Positions 52,601 through 63,805 of a DNA stretch of 64,000 nt are shown one piece after another. The stretch covers positions 71,922,001-71,986,000 of the forward strand of contig NW_024704742.1 in NCBI RefSeq assembly GCF_018977255.1, in the 5' to 3' direction. A model generated the notes under the pieces. It was not told the DNA's origin. It was given only the letters and a program-made list of their open reading frames with translations, and did not search any database. The stretch's first letter is position 1; each line of letters opens with the position of its first letter. Origin of the DNA: Callorhinchus milii. Taxonomy: Eukaryota. A program made the position numbers and the translations under genes.

Positions 52601-55600
52601 TGATTTTAGCTGGTTAGACTCCAACAGTTACCCCAACCAACACACAATCTGTCAACCTGTGCCTAATATTCTCCAGAATTAGGTAAGCACACTGCGTCCC
52701 TCCAGAGAGAGAGAGAGCACTTCCATTCCACACAGAAATTCCATGTATTCCCATGACATTACATGCATGGAACTCAATCTAGTTTGGAGACTTAAGCACA
52801 TTGACGGGTTTCTGATCAACAGCTGATCACGGTGATGGGTTTCCGGGTGTGTCAGACACCCGGCTGATCACAGTGGTGGGTTTCCATGTGTGTCAGATCC
52901 GGATGACATGTGTTGTGCGCTCTGTTCCAGTGGTTCACTCCTGAGGGATTCCTTTCACTCCTCGCATTGGTTGGGACTAATGGGCAAGGCATCGGGACCA
53001 GGTGAGTCTCAACAAAGCCTGAGAGATCACACTACAGGACGAGGCAATTCAGCCAATCATGACTGTACTGAACTCTCCACTCTAATCCCATTCCCTGCTT
53101 TCTCCCCATTGTGTCTGTGCTGTTGCTCACTCCCTCACTGGAGCTCTCGACTTTAATCCCATTCTGCTGTCCTATCCCCGCATACCTTGCTTGGTGGATG
53201 CTAAAGATCCCGCGACATTATTAGAAAAGAGAAAGGAGTTTCTCCCGACGATCACTCATTCTTTAGTGACTGTTTGTGGGATGATACTGTGTGCAAACTG
53301 CCTATTGAATCTGGCTGCAAATAACTAAAGGGCGGTGGAGCTGAGATGAGGGCAGTAGAGGAGGGGTGGGGCAGTGGAGGGGAGAGGAGGGGCGGAGCAA
53401 CTGAGGGGAGAGAAGGGACAGTGGTGGGGACAGGAGGAACGGAGCAGTGTTGCTGAGTTGTGCTGATGGGTTGCCTCTCTTTGCAGCTCTCTGAGTCAGT
53501 GGGTGCACGGGTGCGATGCACTGGAGCTTCCTGCACAGGAGCGAGAGGAGCTGGACGCCTTTATTGACCAGCTGTACAAGGACATCGAGAAAGGTACAAC
53601 AATTGCCACCACAACAACAACCACAACAACCAACACCACCACAACAAGAAATTACATTTGATGTAGTGCCTTATCACCTCTTCAAGATATCTCAAAGAAT
53701 ATACTGTAAAGTGAATTGACAATATATTTTGTGGGCAAAACATGGCAGCCAATTGTCCCACAAACAGTCGTGGATTAAGTGACAAAATTATTTTTTTTTG
53801 AAGGAATTATTACGCCCCGAAAAGCGATCCGCCAATCAACTAACAACCGTGATCCTACTTACTGCTGGGTAAACAGAGGCTTGCAGAGTAAGGAATCAAA
53901 CCCAGGTTTCTTGCTTGCAAGGAGAGGGTTCCAGCCACTGAGCTATAGGACTCCACGTGTTGAAAACAACAACTACAACAACCACAACAGTTTTGTAGTC
54001 CTGTAGCGTAGTAGTTAGAGCACTCGCAAGTGAGAGGACCCGGGTTTGATTCCCAGACAAGGTGAATCACCCAGGGGGTAGTGGCGGGGGTAGGGGCCAA
54101 GAGGTGGGGAGAGTTGATTGAAGTATCAAAGAGCAGAGAGGTCCTTAAGGTAAACATTGAAGGAGGTGAGGGACGGGAAGACTCATAAGGATTATGTGAT
54201 GGTTCCAGAGGGTGGTAGCAGGTAGGCTAAAGGCCTGTCAGCAATGGTGGGGTGGGTAAGGCTGTTCAACACACCTTTATTAAGGGGGGAAAGCTCCTGA
54301 ATAATGATTGGAGCAGAGGATCTTGGCTGACTTTCTCCCAGTTGAACCCCAGGGGGCGATGTCTGCTGCCCTCAAGTGGCTACTGGGCACCATGCACTGT
54401 CACTTTGCTGGTTTCTGGCTCATTAGGACACCCAGCGTCCTGAACCTGAGCTTCGGGGAGTCGGGAGACGGACAGACAGGAGCTGATGGCTGTGTCTTTT
54501 GTGTTACAGAAAGTGGCGAGTTCCTGAACTGTGAAGGCTCCGGCCTCTACGTGCTCCAGAGCTGCTGTAAGTGAGCGTGATCTACCGGCCTGAGAGACAG
54601 AGACACACTGAGCCTCAGGGACACTGAGCCTGAGGGACACAGTAGCCTGAGGGACACAGTGAGCCTGAGGGACAGAGACACAGTGAGCCTGAGGGACACA
54701 GTGAGCAGTGTGAGCTGAGCGAGGCACTGAGCAGCAGTGAGCTCACACTGACTGGGGCCTCTTCTGTTTCAGGTAACCACAGCTGCACCCCCAACTCTGA
54801 GACCTGTTTCCCACAGAGCAATTTCCTGCTGCACCTGACGGCACTGACGGACATCGAGGCGGGAGAGGTATGGTCCAACAACAACGGCAATTCGTGATTA
54901 TACATCGCTCAACATTCAGGGAAGCGTCTTGGAGTGCTTACAGTTGCAGAGCCTGACAGCGAGCCAGTGAGAGAGAGGAGTTGACCTTGGAGGCAGCATA
55001 AGCAGTCAAAAGAGGAACAACTTCAGATGCAATGTGAAGACAGACAAGCAGGGGCGAGGCGGAGGGATTTGAGGGAGAGTTCCAGAGACTCGAGTCATAG
55101 TGGCTGAAAGTATGGCTGCCGATGGACAAGCAGAAGGCCTGAGTTTGTCGACCGAAGGGAGCAGGTAGAGAAGTGGGATATGAGCAGGTCAGATATGTAG
55201 GGAATTAAATGATTCGTACGCGAGTGTGAGAATCTTGAAATGTTGCATTCAGCAATAGGTAGCTAGTGGAGCCTGGCAAGCAACACCTGCGTGGTTGTGG
55301 GGAAGAGGGAGGTTGTCTTCCTTTTCCTAGAGACCGATAACCTGTGTGTTTGCCCCACAGGAGCTGTGTATCAGTTACCTTGAGTGCTGTCAGCGAGACC
55401 GCAGCAGGCATTCCCGCATGAAGATCCTCAGGTACCCAATAACAACAACTTGCATTTCTAATAATAATAATAATCCTTGCACTTTACTCATGCAGTTGAG
55501 ATATCTCAAAGCGCTTCACAGAATATACTGTAAAGTAAATTGATTGTATATTTTGTGGGCGAGACGCGGCACCCAATTGCGCACAGCAGTGTCCCACAAA

Positions 55601-55930
55601 CTGTCGTGGATTGAGTGATCACATTTTTTTTTAGGGATTATTACAACCAAAAAGTGAACAACTGGGTTCCTACTTACTGCTAGGATAAACATAGGCATGA
55701 GGGAGCTTTACTCTGTTTCAAACCTATGCTGTCACTGACCTGGGAGTGTGGACGGACAGCATTAGAGGGAGCTTTGCTCTATCGCTGACCTGCCTGTGCT
55801 TTTTCCCCTCAGAGAGAACTATCTCTTCACCTGTTCCTGTCCCAAGTGCCTGGCCCAGGCCAGCGATCCTGACCTGACTTCGGAGGAAGAGGAGGAGGCG
55901 GAGCTAGAGGATGAGATGACGGATGTGTAA
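43393..55930 (+). CDS. smyd5: SET and MYND domain-containing protein 5 (lysine methyltransferase), 13 exons, 406 aa
   Basis: Exons 43393-43485, 45586-45694, 46249-46388, 48691-48812, 49483-49552, 50931-51035, 52154-52216, 52931-53001, 53487-53593, 54510-54566, 54773-54867, 55361-55431, 55813-55930 total 1221 nt with all GT-AG introns. Translation has GKGLFATK...[15 protein letters not shown] cysteines (CDHC, CPFC, YCSAEC, HQALC), [17 protein letters not shown] motif CNHSCTPN, ELCISY, post-SET CSCPKC and an acidic tail ending DEMTDV, matching vertebrate SMYD5. Confidence 0.97.
43580..44470 (-). repeat. Family C, longest copy, in smyd5 intron 1
   Basis: Colinear with the 20333 copy; the block at about 44045-44145 is repeated at about 44372-44472. 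Confidence 0.8.
45586..45694 (+). CDS. smyd5: smyd5 exon 2
   Basis: [36 protein letters not shown]; donor G|GTAGGT. Confidence 0.95.
46249..46388 (+). CDS. smyd5: smyd5 exon 3
   Basis: [19 protein letters not shown]...CPFCQ; donor CAG|GTACC. Confidence 0.95.
47445..48585 (-). mobile_element. Degenerate L2 fragment in smyd5 intron 3, interrupted by a SINE
   Basis: [38 protein letters not shown]. The sequence resumes after the SINE at 48231-48558. Confidence 0.85.
48231..48558 (+). mobile_element. SINE family A, internally deleted young subfamily, with 8-bp TSD
   Basis: TAGAGTTG duplicated at 48223-48230 and 48559-48566. Sister copies at about 13546-13858+, 19475-19790-, 28985-29302-, 41335-41652- and 43035-43255+. 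Confidence 0.9.
48691..48812 (+). CDS. smyd5: smyd5 exon 4
   Basis: [40 protein letters not shown]; donor AG|GTGAGC. Confidence 0.95.
49022..49420. repeat. Minisatellite, about 71-bp unit, 5-6 copies (smyd5 intron 4)
   Basis: Unit starts at 49022, 49093, 49163, 49234, 49305 and 49374. The same unit occurs at about 7983-8122 (reverse) and 53066-53165. Confidence 0.92.
49483..49552 (+). CDS. smyd5: smyd5 exon 5
   Basis: [23 protein letters not shown]; donor CAG|GTAAAG. Confidence 0.95.
49668..50374 (-). mobile_element. Tc1/mariner non-autonomous derivative with nested CR1 fragment (smyd5 intron 5)
   Basis: Perfect 25-bp inverted repeats GTGTCCACAAAGTCCTGTTATCCCC (49673-49697) and GGGGATAACAGGACTTTGTGGACAC (50344-50368), with TA just outside. 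Transposase-like remnant [14 protein letters not shown]. Confidence 0.8.
50931..51035 (+). CDS. smyd5: smyd5 exon 6
   Basis: [35 protein letters not shown]; donor CAG|GTCAGT. Confidence 0.95.
51390..52140. repeat. GTGTCACTG(TG)GTGA minisatellite split by an L2 3' fragment
   Basis: Units at 51390-51845 and 52085-52140; L2 tail at 51848-52078 on the minus strand. Confidence 0.88.
52154..52216 (+). CDS. smyd5: smyd5 exon 7
   Basis: [21 protein letters not shown]; donor CGG|GTAAGT. Confidence 0.93.
52931..53001 (+). CDS. smyd5: smyd5 exon 8
   Basis: [23 protein letters not shown]; donor AG|GTGAGT. Confidence 0.95.
53487..53593 (+). CDS. smyd5: smyd5 exon 9
   Basis: [35 protein letters not shown]; donor G|GTACAA. 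Confidence 0.95.
54510..54566 (+). CDS. smyd5: smyd5 exon 10
   Basis: [18 protein letters not shown]; donor T|GTAAGT. Confidence 0.95.
54588..54730. repeat. Short tandem repeat GAGCCTGAGGGACACAGT in smyd5 intron 10
   Basis: About 6 imperfect units make up most of this 206-nt intron. Confidence 0.85.
54773..54867 (+). CDS. smyd5: smyd5 exon 11
   Basis: [31 protein letters not shown]; donor GAG|GTATGG. Confidence 0.95.
55361..55431 (+). CDS. smyd5: smyd5 exon 12
   Basis: [23 protein letters not shown]; donor AG|GTACCC. Confidence 0.95.
55813..55930 (+). CDS. smyd5: smyd5 exon 13 (coding part)
   Basis: [38 protein letters not shown] then TAA. Confidence 0.95.
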
Positions 55931-56689
55931 CGATGGCGAGCACCGCGGGCACAGGCTGACCCCACACCCACCAGCGGCAAGAGAGAGAGACACGGACACA
56001 CGCAGAGAGTGAGCCTTCACCCACCCTAAAAAACACAAGCAAATAGCACACAATCTAACTGACTCCCTCCATCACTTGCTGACATCAAAAGAGCGGGAGA
56101 GAGACGGAGAGTGAGCGGGAGTGAGAGAGAGAGAGAGTGTGTGAACAAGCAGAGAGAGAGAGAGACAGAATGAGTGGGGGGGGGGGAGAGAGGGCGCAAG
56201 AAGTGGGGAGAGAAAAGAAGAGGATAGTGGAGAGTGAGAGCGCAAGTGGGAGGGTGTGGGTGATAAAGATGAGATCTGTTGTGGGGGTGGGGATGGCTTC
56301 CTCCATAAACAGCTGAAGGGGCTAGAAATGGGGAGAGAGTGCAGACACAAAGGCTGGAGTGTCAGCTGTCAGAAACTTCTCTGCCTCCCCCACTATCACT
56401 CTTTCCCCCTCTCCCCAAATCTTTTTTCACCCACCTCCCCCACTATCTCCCTTCTCCCACCAACCTGAAATCTCTCTCCTTCCTCCCCACATCTGAAATC
56501 GTTCTTCCCTCCTGCAAGAGTAGGAAGTACAGAGAGTCGGGGGGGGGGGGGAGGGTGAGAAGCCGAGGGGGTGGTTTTAGTGAGTAGGGTGTGAGCCCCA
56601 CCAGTTGAGCTGAGCCAGACAACGAGAACAGGTGATGTGCTGTAACCACTTTACACATGTCAGTGTGGGGGGGGGGGGGGGGGTGACTC

Positions 56690-56695
56690 AATAAA
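56690..56695 (+). terminator. Candidate polyadenylation signal of smyd5
   Basis: AATAAA about 760 nt after the stop codon, followed by GT-rich sequence. Confidence 0.55.
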
Positions 56696-57838
56696 GTCAT
56701 CGCTCCGCATCGTGTTAAGGACACGTCAGTCAGACTGTGCCTTGTGGGCACGTTCTTTACATTCCCCCTCCCTGCCGAGAGAGGAGAGGAGCTCTCGCCC
56801 ACGGGGGAAGGTTTAAGGCCCCCACATCGGGGGCTCTGAGCTCACAGTCCAGGTGCTGGGGGAGAAGCGCTGCATTGTCAGTGGCGTTGTGTTTCACGTG
56901 AAATGTTAAAAAACTGAAGTATAATGCCACGTCTGCTTATAAAATACACAGTACTACACTTTGCAGTAAATATCTGTCTCAAAGCTGCTGTTCTGTCAGT
57001 TGGTGGCTCAGGCTGTGCTGATGTGTAACATGATCATCCCATTTGTTTCCAATTCATCTCAACCTGGGCTGCGCATGAGGGGGTTTAACAATAACAAATT
57101 ACATTTACACAGCGAGGACATCGGAAGGTACTGGACAATGAGGTGTTTGCACCCGAGCTGGGGTTTGGGTTCAGGAGAGATGGAGGGCTGGGAGGCACAG
57201 TCGAAGAGGAAGGTCTTGAGGAGGACCTTGAAGGAAGCAAAGGAGGGAACGAGGTGAAGGGACTGTGTGATGGAGTTCCAAAGTGTGATGGCAGAAAGGC
57301 TGAAGTCGTAAAGGCCAATGATAGGGCGGGCCAGGCAGGAGGGGGGGAGCCTGCTGAGCCGAGGTCGATATAGAGTTAGCTGGTCACTAATGTAGAGAAG
57401 AGCAAGACCACGAATGGCTTTAAAGGTGTGGACGAGGATATTGAACTTGATTCTCTGGAGGATGGGGAGCCAGTGAAGCTGGTTGGGGGTGATAGGGTCA
57501 CGAAGTGCGGGAGCTTAGTGCTCAGAACCTACCCACGTGAAGGCCACTATATAAATGCAAGTTGTATCTGTTTAACGTGAAAGATGCTGAGAGAAGATGG
57601 CAATACAAAAACACACACACAGGTGTATTTGTGTAATATGCATTGCCTTTCTTTGTAACCAGCATGCCAGACACACAGTCCTACACATTATATACCTACA
57701 CGCAGGCTCAGACATACACACAGGCACGTGGGCACACAGACTACACACATGCTTGCAAGTTTTGTATGTTTATAAAATAAGTCAATCTCAGAAGCTTTCA
57801 GATCTTCCAGCCTTCCAAAGTAGTGCAAAAATTAGTCA

Positions 57839-58132
<294 letters not shown>

Positions 58133-60364
58133 TTATCTGGGGGTTGGTAGCCAGAACACAGAGAGAGAAACACCATTCTCTTCCAATGGCGCCGCAGGAT
58201 CTTTAACATCCACCTGAACAGGCACAGTTGGGGGGAGCTGGGTTTAACATCTCAGCTGAACGACGCTGCCTCTTACAATGCAACCGGCTAAGCTAGCTAG
58301 TGGAGTAAAGTAGAGGTTTCATCCTACCCAAGAATTGAATCCGGATCCTCTTGCAAGGGCGAGTGCTCTAACCACTATGCTGCAGGACCCCACTTACCCT
58401 CAGTCCACCAGTTTGATCTGGTCCTCGATGAACACGACATTGTTCAGCTCTGAGGGGGTTTGGCCAGCACCAGGTAAATCTACTCGTACCTTGTATGCCT
58501 CAAGAGCATCAGACACCAAACCTCATAGTGAATTTGTTTTGGTCAGCCTCATGACTGACATGGGGAAACCCATCACCATGCTTAAGAGTATATAAACCAA
58601 GCTGAGAAATCCATCCATCTCAACTACATATGAAATGCATGTGAACATTGCCACCATTTTCCTGACCGCAGCTCGGGCACATGTCCCTTCCCATTGAGTG
58701 ATGGTTTCACCAGTTGGAGGTGCCGAGTTTAAGCAGCAGCTGCTTATCTTTCTGCAAGCCAATCAAGGTGGATTCCAGACGTTGGATATATAAATGTGTA
58801 CTCGAACTCCAGGTAACGTCTTCCAGTAGCTGTTGCCCCAAACCTCGGAGTTTCCTCAGCTGTCTGGCGGGCATCTGCCTTCAACGTGGTGGAAGGAAAG
58901 GAATTTATGTGCAAGTGGGATGCAAACAATTCTCAGATTGGTTTTGATATTTTTAAGCACAGTGATGGGATTGATACCCGGTTGACCAAGAAAAGTGGAA
59001 ATTTCAGAGAGATTGTTGGAATGGAATGTGCACGCTCTCCCTGGAGGGACACATCCTGTTTATCTCATTCCAGAGAGTATTAGGCGCAGGTTGGCAAGAG
59101 CCAAGGCTTGGGGACCCCAGAGAGCTGCATTGTCAGAAACATTGCCTTCAGATGGTTCTATCTGTGCTTGTTCAGGTGTATGTTAAGATCCTGTGGCACT
59201 ATTTGAAAAGTTTCTCTCTCCAGGTGTCCTGACTGACAATCCCCCAGATAAAATGGCTCATTCGCTTTGTGGGCTAGTGCACAGAACGTTCACCTACAAA
59301 TACACAGTCACTACATCCTGCAGCGATTTTCTGGGAAGTGTTCTGAGATGCTGCCATTGGCTCTACTTACAAAGACTCCTCCAACATTGTCAGTGAGGTT
59401 TGTCTGCAAGATGTAGCAGATATCTGACGGGTCCTCCCTATCTCTCTGATCTACCCCACTCCTCTGCTTCTCCTCTCACTCCTTCCATCTCCCGCAACCA
59501 GCTCCATGACCCTATCACCCTTTTCCTTGTGCCTTTCCTCAACCGACTCCACTGGCTCTCCATCCCCCAAAGGATATAGTTTAAGATCCTCATCCTCACT
59601 TTTAAAGCCCTCCACAATCTTGCTCCTCCCTACCTCAAACCCTGCCAACTTCTGCGGGCACCTGCTTCACGTCCCCCGCTCTACCCTCGGCAGTCGAGCC
59701 TTCAATTTTTCTGCCACCACTGTCTGGAACTCCATCCCAGATGGCCTTTGCCTCGCCCCTTCCCTCCAAGATGCATGTAAAGCTCTTCCTCTTTGACACA
59801 CTTGACACACCCTTGACTCCAGGACCACTGCTGTCCTGACTGAATGTCTGTCAGACATCAAGTCCTGGTAGGAGCTAACTTTCTCCAGTTGAATGTCAAC
59901 AAGACTGAGGCTCCCGATTGGCTCCCATCAGTGACTCCACACCTCGGGCACTGACAGCATCACCATCCATGGTTGCACACTCCACCTCACTGAGCCAGTC
60001 TGGAACCTTGGTGTCTTGTTTGACCTCAACCCCACATCCAACCCACTCTGCCTTCCCCCACCTCCCCAGGCTGGACTGTGTTGTCCTCAGCAGTGCCCTG
60101 GAATACTGCTGACCTGCCTGGTTTAGAAACTGCACTGGAGACCATCACAGAGAGTGGACCCAATTCCAGATTCTGGAACATCAGCCTGGACTGTGAGCAC
60201 ACAGTCCCCAATGTGGGGCTCGAAAACAGAAGCTACAGACCCCCAGAGCGGGACACGAGAGAATCTCTCACATTGAAAAGGCACAAAGAAAAGAGGTAAA
60301 TAAGAATCGAGTCAGTACAAGACTTATGGATGATTTTACAGATGACCTGGCAACAATCCTCAAT

Positions 60365-60578
60365 CTGAATATGGAATTCACTACCCCAGAAGGCTGTAGA
60401 TGCTCAGTCTTCAAGGCTGAGACTGATAGATTTTTAAAACACAGAGGGATTAGGGGATATGGGGATAGTGCCGGTAATTAGAGTTAGGTCTGAAGATCAG
60501 CCATGATCTTATCGAATGGCGGGGCAGGCTCGAGGGGCCGAATGGCCTACTCCTGCTCCTAATCCTTATGTTCTTATG
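60365..60578 (+). mobile_element. CR1-type 3' end fragment
   Basis: TGGAATTCACTACCCCAGAAGGCTGTAGATGC...GAATGGCGGGGCAGGCTCGAGGGGCCGAATGGCCTACTCCTGCTCC...TTATGTTCTTATG. Related pieces at about 19880-20052, 35033-35380, 45040-45260, 45740-45895 and 49748-50090. Confidence 0.8.
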
Positions 60579-60637
60579 AAGACACCTGGCCACACCCATA
60601 TCCTCTGCAGGCAGTGACCACTGCCCTTGGGCACAGT

Positions 60638-61020
60638 ATATGGTGTTCTCAACGTCCTGTTAACTTTTTCTTACAATTAATTTTTATTTTCTGTTGCAGT
60701 TGAGTCAAGTGTAACAATGTGACACCAATAACTTCCTCCTCTATTCATGTTACAGAAGATGGCACCAAACATAGGGATGGATCATTATCTTCCATGAAAA
60801 TAATGATAATAATAATCCTTGCATTTGATATAGTGCCTTATGTCGTTGAGAGACGTCTCAAAGTACTTCACAGAATGTACTGTGAAGTGGATTGACTGGG
60901 TATTTTGTGGGTAAAACGCTCACAAAATATTTGATCGCACTCACTCTCACCAACCCTCTGGATGTCTAAATACAGTTAAACACTTATACTGAATACAATT
61001 AAGTACTTCTATATACAGTT
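60638..61020 (+). mobile_element. Third, partial copy of the Tc1/mariner derivative, interrupted by a SINE tail
   Basis: Shares TTACAATTAATT, GGATCATTATCT..CCATGAAAAT and CTCTGGATGTCTAAATACAGTTAAACACTT with the 35024 copy. Confidence 0.7.
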
Positions 61021-61195
61021 TTGCGGAGCTCATCACTGAATTGATGAGAGAGGGGAGATGACTCTGCCCGGGAATCAAATCCATGGCGGGAGGAGGGATG
61101 TTGTAAGAACGGGGCCAGATCTTCACCTGCTACTCCTCGTGCTTCACTGCCATCTCTGACTTGTTCAGGGCTGCGGTCAAGACAGTTATTGTTAT

Positions 61196-61568
61196 GTGGA
61201 GGCCTGTAGTGTGGTGGTTGGAGCACTCGTCTCGCAAGGCAGAGGACCCAGATTTGATTCCCGGGCAGGGTGAAACCTTAGGCAAATTTTCTTACTCCAC
61301 ACATCTCTGTTTACCTAGCAGTAAGCTGGAATCCGGTTGTTAGTCGATTGGCGGATCACTTCAGGGGGTAATAATCCCCCCTCCCCCCACAAACAGTAAT
61401 TTGGTCACTCATTACACAGCTGTTTGTGGGACGCTGCTGTGTGCAATTGGCTGCCGTCTTTCGCCCACAAAATACACAATCAATTTATTTTATAATATAT
61501 TCTGTGAAGAGCTTGTGATGTCTCAATGACGTGATAAGATGCTGTATCAAATGCAAGTATTATTATAA
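61196..61568 (+). mobile_element. SINE family A, full-length (tRNA-Ala-like head, CORE-like middle, L2-like tail)
   Basis: Box A/B head, AAACCTTRGGCAAGTTTCCTTACTCCACAC middle, tail ...ATCAAATGCAAG(ATT)n. Other copies at about 1484-1790+, 2085-2480+, 8295-8680+, 12055-12415-, 16808-17165-, 27060-27422-, 39690-40015-, 42660-43020+, 53645-53956-, plus many tail fragments. Confidence 0.88.
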
Positions 61569-62291
61569 GAGCAAAGCCCCCCACGGGACTATTGATCAGT
61601 GATTGCTCGTGAGAATGTGTCCCTGAGTGAAGAGATTCCCTCCCTTCTCCCCAAACTCCCCTGCTATCTCTTCTGAGAACTCCACCCTACCTCCCAAGTT
61701 CGAGAGACTTTCACAAACGTTCACTCACTCACTCAGTGACGGAAACCTCACTATTTTGCAACACTGTTTGCAATAAAAGTTGACTAGTTTGTAACACATT
61801 TGGAAATTACATAAACTCCCCCCACCCTCCCCCCCACACATCTCAGGCTCTTTCTCACACACAATGAGATTAACAGAACACGTCCCTCTCTCTCACACAC
61901 ACATAGGCCATGGCTGTGGTTACAGAGAAAGTTACAGCAACATGCTTGTGCCTCTGCATGTTGGCCTGTGCCTGAGCTCTGCACAGACATCATGGGGCAA
62001 ACTGCCTTGTGTGCTGTGAAATTCTGTCGTACTGAATTCTGATCTCACTGATGAACCCCATTGCCTCTCCTGCCTCAGAGTGTACTTTGAGCTCACAGTG
62101 CACTCCTGTATAGAGAACGGCAATGTCAGAAGCACCGTCCTTTAGATGGGATGTTAAACCGAGGTGCTGTCTGAGCCTGTTTACGTGGTTATTAAAGATC
62201 CCATGTCATTACTTTTTCAAAAAAAGAGAAGGGAGTTTCTCTCTCCCTGTCCTGGCCAACAATTCTCCAAATAAAACTGGTCACTCACTGC

Positions 62292-63805
62292 AACAACAAC
62301 AAAATTACATTTATAGAGCGCCTTTCACGTCTGGAGAACATCCCAAAGCGCTGAACAGTCAGGCGTCGGGGCCCGAGCATGGGGGAGGGATGAAGGAAGG
62401 CAGAAAAGTGGGAGGGAGACCAAAGGCACAGTCGAAGAGAAGGGTCTTCAGACCGGCCTTGAAGGAGCCAAGGGAGGAAGTGAGGCGAAGGGACCGTGGG
62501 ATGGAGTTCCAGAGTGTGGGGGCAGAGAGGCTGAAATCCCGGCCATCGATGGTAGGGTGGATCGGGCGGGAGACATGGAGCTGACCGGAGCCCAATGAAT
62601 GGAAGGAGCGGGCAGGTTGGTAGGGAGTCAGCAGGTCAGAGAGGTCGGAGGGGGCAAGGTCATGGATGGCCTTGAAGGTGAGTATGAGGATCTTGAACTC
62701 GATCCTCTGGGGAATGGGGAGCCAGTGGAGTCGGGCGAGGGTGGGAGTGATGGGGTCACGGAGCCTGGTGTGTGAAAGTACATGAGCTGCAGAGGTTTGG
62801 ATGATCTGCAGCTTGTGAAGGGAAGAGTTGGGAAGGCCGATGAGGAAGGAGTTCCCGTAATTGAGCCTTGAGTGACATGCATAGGTGAGGGTTTCGGCAG
62901 CCTGAGGGGTGAGGCAGTGGTGGAGTCTGGCAAAATTGCGGAGGTGGTGGTAGACAGTGCCAGTCATGGCACGGATGTGAGGGAGAAAGGATAGTTCAGG
63001 GTCAAACAAGATACCCAGGTTACTGACTGGCTTAGTGAGGTTGAGTGTGCAGCCGTGGAGGCTGATGCTGCCAGTGCCTGAGGTGCGGAGGTGCTGGCGC
63101 GAGCCAATCAGGAGAGCCTCGGTCTTGCTGACGTTGAGCTGGAGAAAGTTGTCCCTTGTCCAGGACTTGATGTCGGACAAGCAGTCGGTCAGGACGCCAG
63201 TAATCCTGGAGTTCAGGGTGGAAGCAGAGCGGTAGAGTTGGGTGTCATCCGCATACATGTGGAAATTTAACCCATGTCTGCGGATGACGTCACCAAGGGG
63301 GAGCGTGTAGAGGGTGAAGAGGAGGGGACCGAGGATAGAGCCCTGAGGAACACCGCACAAGACAGTGAGGAGACTAGAGGAGAAACCGTTTGCCGCGATG
63401 AAGTGGAGGTGGTGTGAAAGGTAGGACCTGAACCAGTCAAGGACAGAACCTTGAAGGTTGAGGTGGGAGGAGAGGCGGTGGAGGAGGATTGAGTGGTCCA
63501 TGGTGTCAAAGGCGGCGGAGAGGTCGAGGAGGACGAGGAGGCAGAGGGAGCCCTGGTCACATATGGTCAGGATATCGTTTGTGACCTTGACCAGAGCAGT
63601 TTCCGTGCTGTAGGCAGCACGGAAATCCAATTGGAGGGGTTCATGGAGGGAGTGGGAGGAGAGGAAAGAACAAAGCTGGGAGGCAACGGCTCTCTCAAGG
63701 ACCTTGGATAGGAAGGGGAGATTTGAGATGGGCTGATAGCTGTGATGGGTCGAGGGAAGGTTTCTTCAAGGTGGGGGTGATAATGGCTGTTTTAAGGCTG
63801 CAGGG
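62292..63805 (-). mobile_element. L2-clade LINE, 5'-truncated, with an open RT ORF (62359-63630, 423 aa)
   Basis: Motifs STETAL, LLDLSAAFDT, GVPQGSILGPLLF, YADDTQLY, LQLNVSKTE, LHWLP, WNSIP. Upstream PISNLPFLSKVLER near 63690-63735. The 3' tail ends GAAAGGCGCTCTATAAATGTAATTT(TGT)n. Confidence 0.95.

Noticed and set aside
61466..61480. FoxH1-like AATACACA motif carried by SINE copies near noto
   Set aside because: It is part of the repeat consensus, so its presence here is expected without any function.
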